Shown: one piece after another, positions 10,631-19,091 of the stretch
Numbering within the stretch: position 1 is the stretch's first letter
Layout of the letters: the number at the start of each line of letters is the position of its first letter
From: Ignisphaera sp.
Lineage (GTDB): Archaea; Thermoproteota; Thermoprotei_A; Sulfolobales; Ignisphaeraceae
Direction: 5' to 3'
NCBI GenBank assembly: GCA_038889075.1
Contig: JAWAHS010000001.1
Coordinates: forward strand, 344,970-408,969
DNA: 64,000 nt
Notes under the pieces: model-generated
Seen by the model: the letters and a program-made list of their open reading frames with translations, nothing else
What the model was told of the DNA's origin: nothing
Databases searched by the model: none
Position numbers and translations under genes: made by a program

Positions 10631-11187
10631 TATAGAAAGAACCTTTCATTTCTTATATGGATACCCAAATCAAAAACATTTTTAACAATAGCTACTAGCA
10701 TTTTACCCTCCCTAATAAGTTTCTCAACCTCGTCCCTATCAATAAGAAGTAATCCTGTGCCAATAGCATGCATATCACTAGAATCCAACACTGCAACATA
10801 ATCGCCCTTCCTTACCGGGAATATAAAGTGGTCGAAGGACGCCAGTAATACATCGTTTCCGTATAGGAAAGCCTTGACACCCTGTGGTTTAACAACAACA
10901 CTACAACCATGTTTATAACCATATCTTTTACTAAGATTGAATAAATGAGGTGCGGGAACGAATTTTCCATTATGTATCCAACCACATAGAGAACCAGAGC
11001 TCAGAACGTTAGTATTTGAAAGTTTTACAATAGAATCTACCAGCTCTCTAGGTACTAAAGTTACGGTAATCCAATCCTTCTTTAAATTAAATGTATTAAT
11101 AAAAAAATTACTTGAAATAAAGTTTATGAATTCCAGCCCCATACATCTAGATACATATTCGTAAAACGGTTTGGGCATAGCATTCAT
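10627..11187 (-). CDS. PUA-domain (Nip7-like) RNA-binding protein
   Basis: AFLYGNDV...AIGTG...DLGIHIRNE; start trimmed to ATG 11187 downstream of a TTTTTAAG box. Confidence 0.75.
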   Translation of the reverse strand: MNAMPKPFYEYVSRCMGLEFINFISSNFFINTFNLKKDWITVTLVPRELVDSIVKLSNTNVLSSGSLCGWIHNGKFVPAPHLFNLSKRYGYKHGCSVVVKPQGVKAFLYGNDVLLASFDHFIFPVRKGDYVAVLDSSDMHAIGTGLLLIDRDEVEKLIREGKMLVAIVKNVFDLGIHIRNERFFLY

Positions 11188-11387
11188 TATAGATACACTA
11201 TTATCTAGAAAAGACAGTTTATAGCTTAAAAATATAATGAAAAGAGTCTGGCATACCAAGGAAAAATGGCATTGCACAATAAGAATTGCAATACTCATAG
11301 AAAGAATACCTTCCATCCAAACACAAATGGAAAGTAGAATAAAAGCTTAATAGCAAGTGACAGTAGGAGAAATAAATACTAGAAAAT

Positions 11388-11461
11388 GGGCCCGTCGTCT
11401 AGTCTGGTAGGACGCCGCCCTTACGAGGCGGAGGTCCGGGGTTCAAATCCCCGCGGGCCCA
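11388..11461 (+). tRNA. tRNA-Val(TAC)
   Basis: GGGCCCG/CGGGCCC acceptor stem, CCGCC-CTTACGA-GGCGG anticodon arm, GTTCAAATC T-loop; no intron, no encoded CCA. Confidence 0.97.
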
Positions 11462-11617
11462 TCTGGGTTTAACTTCTATTGTCTATTCAACTATACTCTA
11501 CGGTGATTATCGTCCAAAACATTAATGAGATATGTAATTGAATACAGAAATTCTATGGTAAAGCAATGCTATAAAGAGACCATGTAATCGATTTTTCTGG
11601 CCAGTAGGATGGGGTTT

Positions 11618-11887
11618 GGGTTTCATGTTGGTTGATGTTGTTTGATCTCGACCCTTGGTTTCATTGTCCTCGGGGCACCTTTTCATCGGTGCCCACATCA
11701 TCGGTCTCCACCCCTTTGGGGAAACCCCTACCCACAGCTCACCCTCATCTAGCTCATTGCTGTGGGGAAACCCCACATCCTGGCTTTGAATACTCATCCA
11801 CTTGGGTCTTTACCATGCACCCACATCGTGGATGGGCTCAAACAGTAAAGCAACCACAATCAACCCTTATAAACCTATATGAAACCC
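11618..11887 (-). mobile_element. Putative 270-bp non-autonomous element / tnpB-end-derived structured RNA
   Basis: Bounded by inverted GGGTTTCAT...ATGAAACCC; GC-rich hairpins with GATGA/TGA k-turn-like motifs on the minus strand; internal TTTATAAG box. Confidence 0.55.
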
Positions 11888-12098
11888 GAAACAGTTGCGT
11901 AAGGCGTCCCAGACACTATTTTTAAATAACTTAGATTGATAGAAATGTGCCTATGTATATGCTATCATCACATAGTTCCTATTTTAAGTTCGGTACAAGC
12001 AGTATATGACTTGGAAGAACCTTCTATACAATACATAGGATACAACTTTCCTAATTTTGGCTACCTTAGGTTTTACGATTCAAACTATTAACCATCTA

Positions 12099-12629
12099 TT
12101 ATGCTGAAAGAAGATTTTGCCAGAAACTAGCATCAGTTATGCCACCAATTACTATGGCTATCGGTTCACCATGTTTAACTACTATTGTTTGTGGAACGCT
12201 ATAGGCATAGCTAGGTGGTAGACCATTGTTTTGCTCTATTTTGGCCAGATTTCTAAATAGATCAGCATTATTAGGATCGTCAATCCATAGAAATAAACAT
12301 TTATCTTTAAAATACTTTTCAAAAAATTCATGAAGGTTTCTACAAAAGGGACAAGTAGTTGCGCCAAATGCTATTAGATTAATAGATTCTCTTTGGTTAT
12401 CTTTTATAACTTTAGACACAATAGATGCTATATCATTCTTGGAAACTCTATAGGTGGATCCATCAACGTATACGGAGATGTACTGCTGATTTAAAGGCGA
12501 ACTAGATGGAGCGCTAGATGACGAATGGGTGTACACGTAGTATATAATTAGAATTGATAAAACCAACACTATTGGAATGGATACAGCCAACATATTCTTA
12601 TGCTTTGGTCTTCTCTTTGCCTTTGGCAA
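12099..12629 (-). CDS. Membrane-anchored thioredoxin/glutaredoxin-like protein
   Basis: Basic N-terminus, one TM helix, Ser-rich linker, CPFC motif, cis-Pro SVPQT. Confidence 0.8.
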   Translation of the reverse strand: MPKAKRRPKHKNMLAVSIPIVLVLSILIIYYVYTHSSSSAPSSSPLNQQYISVYVDGSTYRVSKNDIASIVSKVIKDNQRESINLIAFGATTCPFCRNLHEFFEKYFKDKCLFLWIDDPNNADLFRNLAKIEQNNGLPPSYAYSVPQTIVVKHGEPIAIVIGGITDASFWQNLLSA

Positions 12630-12796
12630 TGGTAATGCACCTAGGTAGCAGTAGCCGGAAATAGATTTATATGTTTATTGCCTCACTGCCGTATGGATAT
12701 CAATGGATACGGTGGCCCCCACAGAAATTCTAGTCGATATCTCTATAACAAAAACTTTATAAGCTATTTATGCATATCTGTGCATAAGGAATTCCT

Positions 12797-13369
12797 ATGA
12801 TGGAGGAGGCCGCAAGCAATAAAAATATAATGAATGCAAAACATCCAGCAACTAATGGTAATAAAGATGGTGAAAATCGGAAGCTTGCCGTCTGGGAGGA
12901 AGCTTTAATCCAGGAGTTTCTATATGCCATAGGTCACTTGAATCACTGCGAGCAACATCTAATTGAAATAGATTCCAGCGTTGGTCTACCACTATTCGGA
13001 GACATCGTCAATAAGATTAGAGAACAGAGGAAGATTATCGGTGAAACACTGTTTCTTATAGAAAAGTTAGAGACTATGAAAGGTAGTAGTATTAGAACTT
13101 CTTGGGAAAGCATATGGTGTACACTAAAGCACCTAACAACAGCACTTATACATGTTGATGAATGTATAGAGAAGCTGTTAAATAGGATAGGAGATGATAG
13201 TGATGGTGAATTGATTAAACATATAAACATGCTTTTAAGGGTTAGGTATGAAATCGTGGAATCATTGGTACAACTTTTATCTAGAGCAAAAACATCTACT
13301 GAAGCTATTACTAAAGCAAGTATACGATGCCGAGAAGATCTATGTTTAGAAACCTCTTCAGAGGGATAA
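12797..13369 (+). CDS. Uncharacterised alpha-helical His/Cys-containing protein
   Basis: 190-aa ORF with AIGHLNHCEQHL and WCTLKHL...HVDEC motifs; TTTATAAG box upstream. Confidence 0.75.
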   Translation: MMEEAASNKNIMNAKHPATNGNKDGENRKLAVWEEALIQEFLYAIGHLNHCEQHLIEIDSSVGLPLFGDIVNKIREQRKIIGETLFLIEKLETMKGSSIRTSWESIWCTLKHLTTALIHVDECIEKLLNRIGDDSDGELIKHINMLLRVRYEIVESLVQLLSRAKTSTEAITKASIRCREDLCLETSSEG

Positions 13370-13372
13370 AAC

Positions 13373-13651
13373 GTGTCAAACTATGTTATTATGAAGGTGG
13401 CTCGGGGTACTCCTAGAAATATTAGAAATAGAATATATAAGTTGCTATTAGGAACTACTGTAACAATTGGAAACAAGAGGTATAGAGCAGCAGGTCTCAT
13501 AAGAAAGGTTAATGGCGAGGTCATTTCATCAGGGTTGTATGTAGTACCTTTTGAAAAACTTATAGATGTTATAGAGAAATTGAAGGAGAAGCAGCTTGAC
13601 AACTATATAGAGGTTTTAAGGATGTGCCTATGTACGTGTGGTTCACAGTAG
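13373..13651 (+). CDS. Small basic uncharacterised protein with C-terminal CxCxC
   Basis: 92-aa ORF 3 nt after the previous stop. Confidence 0.7.
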   Translation: MSNYVIMKVARGTPRNIRNRIYKLLLGTTVTIGNKRYRAAGLIRKVNGEVISSGLYVVPFEKLIDVIEKLKEKQLDNYIEVLRMCLCTCGSQ

Positions 13652-13670
13652 TAGACTGTGGCTGAGCGGT

Positions 13671-14360
13671 ATGGATTTTGGAGTGGCAGGTACAGTTATT
13701 TCGCTAGCACTTATAGATTCCTTTGATCCATGCATCTTTGCCATCTACACCACGTTACTTATATCAGCATCCATGACGAGCATTAAGAGGGCACTTTCAG
13801 TAGGTTTAGCATTTATAGTCTCAGCATACATTGGGTACTTCCTATTTGGAATATTGCTAAGGTATGCAACACTATCCTTGCCAAGATACATTTTAGCTAT
13901 AGTTACAGTAACATATGGTATTGTCATGCTTCTCCATACTGTAATGACAGGTAGGATAGCAGGCAATGAAAATGTATGCAGAGAGGATGAACTGGTGTGT
14001 AGAATTGGAAGGATGTTACGACTAGATACACTCATAGATAGAGGTACTGTAATTATCTTTCTAATAGGGTTTGTAGCAGCATTTACACTCTTTCCATGTA
14101 CAGCAGGCATGTATGTAGTGTTCAATCTACTGACCGTGGGACTTAACTTTATCGAATGGATTCCCTTGGCACTACTTTATGTAGCCGTATTCGTTTTACC
14201 GTTGATTCTAATACTGCTTAGCTTTGTAGGTATTACAAGGTTTAGCGCTGTGCATACTGTATTAATTAAACATCAGAAGTATGTCAAGCTATTAGGATCC
14301 GTGCTACTTATAGCAGTATCGCTCTATATTCTACTTACATCTGTGTCTACTGCATTTTGA
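13671..14360 (+). CDS. CcdA/DsbD-like (GAP-family) transmembrane electron transporter
   Basis: About 6 TM helices with paired DSFDPC and LFPCTAG Pro-Cys motifs. Confidence 0.8.
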   Translation: MDFGVAGTVISLALIDSFDPCIFAIYTTLLISASMTSIKRALSVGLAFIVSAYIGYFLFGILLRYATLSLPRYILAIVTVTYGIVMLLHTVMTGRIAGNENVCREDELVCRIGRMLRLDTLIDRGTVIIFLIGFVAAFTLFPCTAGMYVVFNLLTVGLNFIEWIPLALLYVAVFVLPLILILLSFVGITRFSAVHTVLIKHQKYVKLLGSVLLIAVSLYILLTSVSTAF

Positions 14361-14395
14361 TTGAAATTGATGGACTTCACTACTTCGAGTTAACC

Positions 14396-15451
14396 TTATG
14401 GAACTTTTCTATACGAACCTAGTAGCTTTATTTGAGTAGTTCTCCGTTTGAGTTCTTCTATAGCCTCAGAAACTCTTTCATCTCTTTCATAACCCTCGAA
14501 TTCCATAAAGAATAGGTATTCCCATGGTTTACCCTTTATAGGTCTCGATTCAATCTTTGTTAAGTTAAGACCTCTTAATGCAAATGGTTCTAGGGCGCTA
14601 TACAGAGCTCCTGGCCTATGCGGTAGGGTGAATATGATAGCGGTCTTCATTCCTACACCCTTTTCCAGAGCATTCCTTCCTATAACTATAAATCTGGTAT
14701 AGTTATCCCTATGATCTTCTATACCTCTAGCAATTATTTCACCACCATATACATAAGCCGCTAGTTCTGAACCTATAGCTGCTACACCACTATTTTCAAC
14801 AGCTTCTTTAACGGCATCTGATGTACTAGGTCTAGGTTCAACTCTTGCATTCTTCAATCTAGATTCTATAAAATTTCTACACTGGGCTAGAGCATGTGGA
14901 TGGCTAATAACAAGCTTTATATCATTGAAACTGGTGCCAGGCTTTACAATTAGGTTGTGTTTTATCCTAATCTCTGTTTCGCCACAGATTCTTAGATTAG
15001 AGTTTGCAAGAAGGTCTATAGTTTCACCAATACTACCCTCAAGAGAATTCTCGAGGGCTACCACACCATAATCAGCATCACTATTTTCAACAGTTCTAAA
15101 AACTTCCCTAATACTTGGCAATGGTGTAAATACCGCTCCACTATCGCTAAAGATTTTCAGTGCTGCCTCCTCAGTAAATGACGCCCTAGGACCTAGAAAA
15201 ACTATCCTTAGAGGCTTTACAGTAGCTAGAGACATTCCATGGATATGATTAAATAGTATGTCTGTATAATATTCATCAATATCGAGTTCTCTAGCAATAG
15301 CTATAGCATCTCTTATCGACTCCATAGAAGCTCTATTCACAGCTTTCCAATCCATCCCTTTGATCAGTTCTATCCGTTTTCTCAATAGGTTAACAATTTC
15401 TCTGTCAATATCCTTTAAATTATTTAGTAGGTTAGTGTAGCTGTCACACAA
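14396..15451 (-). CDS. pheA: Prephenate dehydratase with N-terminal chorismate mutase-like domain
   Basis: FLGPRASFTEEAA, ENSLEG, SHPHALAQC, NYTRF, ACT domain with LTKIESRP. Confidence 0.93.
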   Translation of the reverse strand: MCDSYTNLLNNLKDIDREIVNLLRKRIELIKGMDWKAVNRASMESIRDAIAIARELDIDEYYTDILFNHIHGMSLATVKPLRIVFLGPRASFTEEAALKIFSDSGAVFTPLPSIREVFRTVENSDADYGVVALENSLEGSIGETIDLLANSNLRICGETEIRIKHNLIVKPGTSFNDIKLVISHPHALAQCRNFIESRLKNARVEPRPSTSDAVKEAVENSGVAAIGSELAAYVYGGEIIARGIEDHRDNYTRFIVIGRNALEKGVGMKTAIIFTLPHRPGALYSALEPFALRGLNLTKIESRPIKGKPWEYLFFMEFEGYERDERVSEAIEELKRRTTQIKLLGSYRKVP

Positions 15452-16142
15452 ACTATTCCCCTAGCATATCTACTAAAGAGTCCCCTAAAATTTAATGCTA
15501 TCTTATAGATAGCAATGCAGGTATTGCAAATACTACCACAATTTGCTATATTCTTCTAGTGGAAAGAAATCGAATACTATATAATGGTAAATTAATGATA
15601 GATACAATATCGTATAAGCTTTTCATGAAATAGTATGGAATAGCTTTATGATATAGACAGACAGTTAAGAAGCCTAGCAGTAGACCACTACTATAAAGTT
15701 ATTGAAAGATTAGCCCTACTCCATCATGTATTACTTAAACCACCTAACACATAGCTACAATTATTTCTATTTCTATAATCTTAGAGACAGGTAATGTAGT
15801 ATCTATAGACTCTTCGAAGTCTTTGATTAAGAACTCTACATCTATTAACATCAAAGTACCTACATATACTCAACCCATCTTATATAAAACTGTATTGAGG
15901 TACTGTCATAAACTCATAATCTATACCTGGAGAATGTAGTAATTACGTTGTGATAATGTTATCCCATATGCTCAATAGCGGGATTTAAAATGCTGTAAGA
16001 ATTCCATACCTACTCCATCAAGTTAAAAATAATAATGATACCAAATTGAATAAATAGTAACAATTTATTGAAAATCTGATGTCAAAATAATAATATTTTT
16101 AAACTGCCTAGCAGTAAAAACTATACTAAATGGTAAGCATTA

Positions 16143-16466
16143 ATGTATAGAAACAGCGGATCTCCTACACCAGGTAACGTTAAAATTGAAAAAATTATCG
16201 CTAGAGCTGTTAGACTCTACAATAAGTACAGATCCCCCGAAGCTATAAGCAGGACTGTTAAAATTAATGAAAATAGTGTTGAGATTTTATTTGAAGGACA
16301 TTTCTGCAAAACTTGCGCCATTAATGACTGGATCGAAGATTTTAAATACGTTTTAGAGGATATGGGAATTGAAGCTGAACTTGAAAACATTATTGAACCT
16401 AGCAAATCTAGGGAAAATTGGCGAATAGGTGTATTTAGGCTTAAAAATATCAATCTTGAATCGTAG
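16143..16466 (+). CDS. Conserved hypothetical protein with CxxC
   Basis: YNKYRSPEA...FEGHFCKTCAINDWIEDFKY. Confidence 0.7.
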   Translation: MYRNSGSPTPGNVKIEKIIARAVRLYNKYRSPEAISRTVKINENSVEILFEGHFCKTCAINDWIEDFKYVLEDMGIEAELENIIEPSKSRENWRIGVFRLKNINLES

Positions 16467-16471
16467 TAGGT

Positions 16472-16942
16472 GTGTCCAGAATGGCTGTAGAATATGAACT
16501 AGATGAAAAGGATGTCAATCTAATTAAGATGCTTGCATCAAATGCTAGAGCAACATATACTGATATGGCAAAGGTTCTGGGTATAAGTGATGTAGCTGTT
16601 TTAAAGAGAGTTAAGAAGCTTGAAGCTAAAGTCTTAAAAAAGTATACTATAGTAATTGATCCTAGGAAGCTCGGATACAAAACGATCTCATTGACCGGCA
16701 TTGATGTAGAGCCTGAGAAGCTTTTCGATGTAATTACTAAACTCAAGGATAGCCAAATGATAAAGGGGCTTTATTTGACTACAGGTGATCATCCAATAAT
16801 GGCTGTTATATGGGCAAAGGATGAGAATGATCTGGCTAAGATTCATAAGGAGATTTCCGAGGTTGATGGAGTTAGGAGGGTGTGTCCAGCAATTGTGCTA
16901 AGGACCTTAAAAGATATTGAACTGTGGTTTAGCATCGACTAG
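16472..16942 (+). CDS. Lrp/AsnC family transcriptional regulator
   Basis: LDEKD..LIKML..NAR HTH, RVKKLE, TTGDHPIM RAM domain. Confidence 0.93.
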   Translation: MSRMAVEYELDEKDVNLIKMLASNARATYTDMAKVLGISDVAVLKRVKKLEAKVLKKYTIVIDPRKLGYKTISLTGIDVEPEKLFDVITKLKDSQMIKGLYLTTGDHPIMAVIWAKDENDLAKIHKEISEVDGVRRVCPAIVLRTLKDIELWFSID

Positions 16943-16944
16943 CC

Positions 16945-17511
16945 CTACTCCTTTTTACCTTGTACGAGTGCCTTAAGTATCTGCATGATTATGTCCTCTA
17001 AGGCTTTACTACTCGATTCCTTTGATATTGGTGGAGATACTTTCTCCCCCTTTAGATATTTTATAGCACGTTCTTCAAAGTTGTCCAGAACCAGCTTAAG
17101 TTCAAATTCGTACATCACACCCTCATACTTCTCTTGATACTTTACAGAACCATCATCGTCAGCATACAATACTATTGTTGTCGGAGATGCATGTACATCA
17201 TATTTTTTAAAGCTTTCTGCTGCAGCTGTTGACTTACATTCCCTTGCAAACCAGTCACATAATATAATCATAAATCGTGTATCTCTCTTTTTTTGCGTAT
17301 AGGATTCTACAAATGGAAACCATATTCCATCGTATTTTCTACATGCCGAACACTTAGTGTTATCAAAGTATATAACATATACCCCCTTTGAGTCAGGTTT
17401 AAAGTATTCACCATCACTTTTTATAAACCTCCACATACTATGTTCCGCACTATATTCATATATACCATGTGGACACTTCTCATCTACACGCTTTACAAGT
17501 GTAGTGCTCAT
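16945..17511 (-). CDS. Thioredoxin-fold protein
   Basis: YFDNTKCSACRKYD, ASPT cis-Pro loop, extra CDWFAREC. Confidence 0.75.
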   Translation of the reverse strand: MSTTLVKRVDEKCPHGIYEYSAEHSMWRFIKSDGEYFKPDSKGVYVIYFDNTKCSACRKYDGIWFPFVESYTQKKRDTRFMIILCDWFARECKSTAAAESFKKYDVHASPTTIVLYADDDGSVKYQEKYEGVMYEFELKLVLDNFEERAIKYLKGEKVSPPISKESSSKALEDIIMQILKALVQGKKE

Positions 17512-17641
17512 CTACACTTTCACCAACTGTACTAAATGTTCTGGAAGATATATTTACTATATCTATAAGTTTAATAAATCTGTCTCTCCTGTTTAGTATT
17601 ACTTAGGGTTTAGCATATCTATTATACAGATAGAAATAGAA

Positions 17642-18040
17642 TTGGGAACGTGGATGACTACATATGTAATGTTAGGTCTATTTAGAGGAGATAGATTTGG
17701 ATATGCTAGAGCCTTAGCTGATATTGATGCAACTACTAGTGTTATTTTAAAGAAAGTTGCGGAATCTATTAGATGCATTGAAAATTTAGATAGGTATTTC
17801 GATATTTATATACCTAATGCGGGGTTGGCTAAAACCGATAAAATATGTGTAATTGATAAAGCTATTATAGATGGTAGTTTTGTGGAGCTCAGGACGATAC
17901 TGTATGTGGTTGAAAACGATGTTTTAAAACCTCTTCACTGTGAAGCTATTCTTGGTAGGGATATTTTTCTCTGGTGGAGATTGGTTTACGATAAATCGTT
18001 TCAAAGAGTTAAAAGCTTAATAGCGCAAACAGTGCAGTGA
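17642..18040 (+). CDS. Retropepsin-like aspartyl protease homologue (degenerate motif)
   Basis: ALADIDATTSVI aligns to A-L-x-D-T-G-A; C-terminal ILGRD. Confidence 0.55.
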   Translation: MGTWMTTYVMLGLFRGDRFGYARALADIDATTSVILKKVAESIRCIENLDRYFDIYIPNAGLAKTDKICVIDKAIIDGSFVELRTILYVVENDVLKPLHCEAILGRDIFLWWRLVYDKSFQRVKSLIAQTVQ

Positions 18041-18073
18041 AGTGTTTATTAATAGATGGGTGTTGTAAGGTTG

Positions 18074-18700
18074 CTATGATCTATCATCAATGTAACATAT
18101 GTTGTCTAAGACTATATTTGTTATTGAGAGAAAATTCCATAGTTTCAATCCTATTTCAGTATTACCATATCCATCGGATGCAACCTTTATATAGAAACCC
18201 TTTCCACAATCTCCTATACTATTTTCAAGTTCATTTATATTTCTATGGAGGGGTAAATTCAATTGCTGTAGACCTAGTGAATAGGCATATTGTAAACAGC
18301 TATCAATGAATTCAAATCCTATGCCAATCCTTTTAGCAAAAAGCTTTTTTAGAAAACCTATACACGAGGGTTCATCGACATGCAATCCCTTTACCGAATC
18401 ACCTCGACAAAGTAGAGACGTTTTTAAATTATTAATTGAAAAACATATGTGTACATCTCTTCTAATACCGTATGATAACATAAGGGCGGCTCTAATAGCT
18501 TTACATAGCAAGGTGTACAGAATATTACCATCCACATGCCATGAGAATTCAATAATGTATAGCCTAGATACATGCGTTGCAAATGCGTGTTCTTCTTCTT
18601 CATCAAGTAAGCTGGTCTTCTTGTCTTGCAATGAGGATTTCTTAATAAGTTTCCATGACTGTGTACTGGGATGCAACTTGACCATCCTTAGTATATACAA
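18074..18700 (-). CDS. TrmY-like (DUF358) SPOUT protein, divergent
   Basis: LLCKAIRAALMLSYGIRRDV and VKGLHVDEPS resemble the TrmY N-terminal half. Confidence 0.6.
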   Translation of the reverse strand: MYILRMVKLHPSTQSWKLIKKSSLQDKKTSLLDEEEEHAFATHVSRLYIIEFSWHVDGNILYTLLCKAIRAALMLSYGIRRDVHICFSINNLKTSLLCRGDSVKGLHVDEPSCIGFLKKLFAKRIGIGFEFIDSCLQYAYSLGLQQLNLPLHRNINELENSIGDCGKGFYIKVASDGYGNTEIGLKLWNFLSITNIVLDNICYIDDRS

Positions 18701-19091
18701 TTAGTATCAGTGCTACTACCTTCTACTCAACTCTATAGCGTTAGAGTCTGCAAAGCTCTACCCTGCTTTCTTTCCTAACATTGTGAACCCTGGCCACATG
18801 CTGTCTGTCAACATTCTGAAGAAATCTCTTCAGATTTTAAACTATTTTTAGACTTTGCGAAATCTGGTATTAATTGTAGAGGTACAACTATTGGTATAAA
18901 ACTACTACTGTATATTGCTATTAGTTTCACAGCCTAATACCCTCTATCTCCAGCTTTACTAAATCCATATCTTTTCTAGTCTATAAAAGATTTAATACGT
19001 TTGTACATCATCTACAACATGCTCAGAGTCCCTGAAAATTAGATAGTTTATTATCCTCCCTGCACAGTTATTATTAAATCACCAGAATTCA

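Noticed and set aside
11188-11316. N-terminal 43 aa of the ORF-track PUA protein
   Set aside because: Spans a TATA-like promoter region; ATG 11187 is the more plausible start
11690-11830. Mini CRISPR array from repeated GGGGAAACCCC / CCCACATC
   Set aside because: Repeats are only 8-11 nt, irregularly spaced, and no cas operon is present
11522-11925. ORFs 11522-11797 (-) and 11632-11925 (+) as real proteins
   Set aside because: Both lie over a GC-rich hairpin island with atypical composition; better explained as a structured RNA or element remnant
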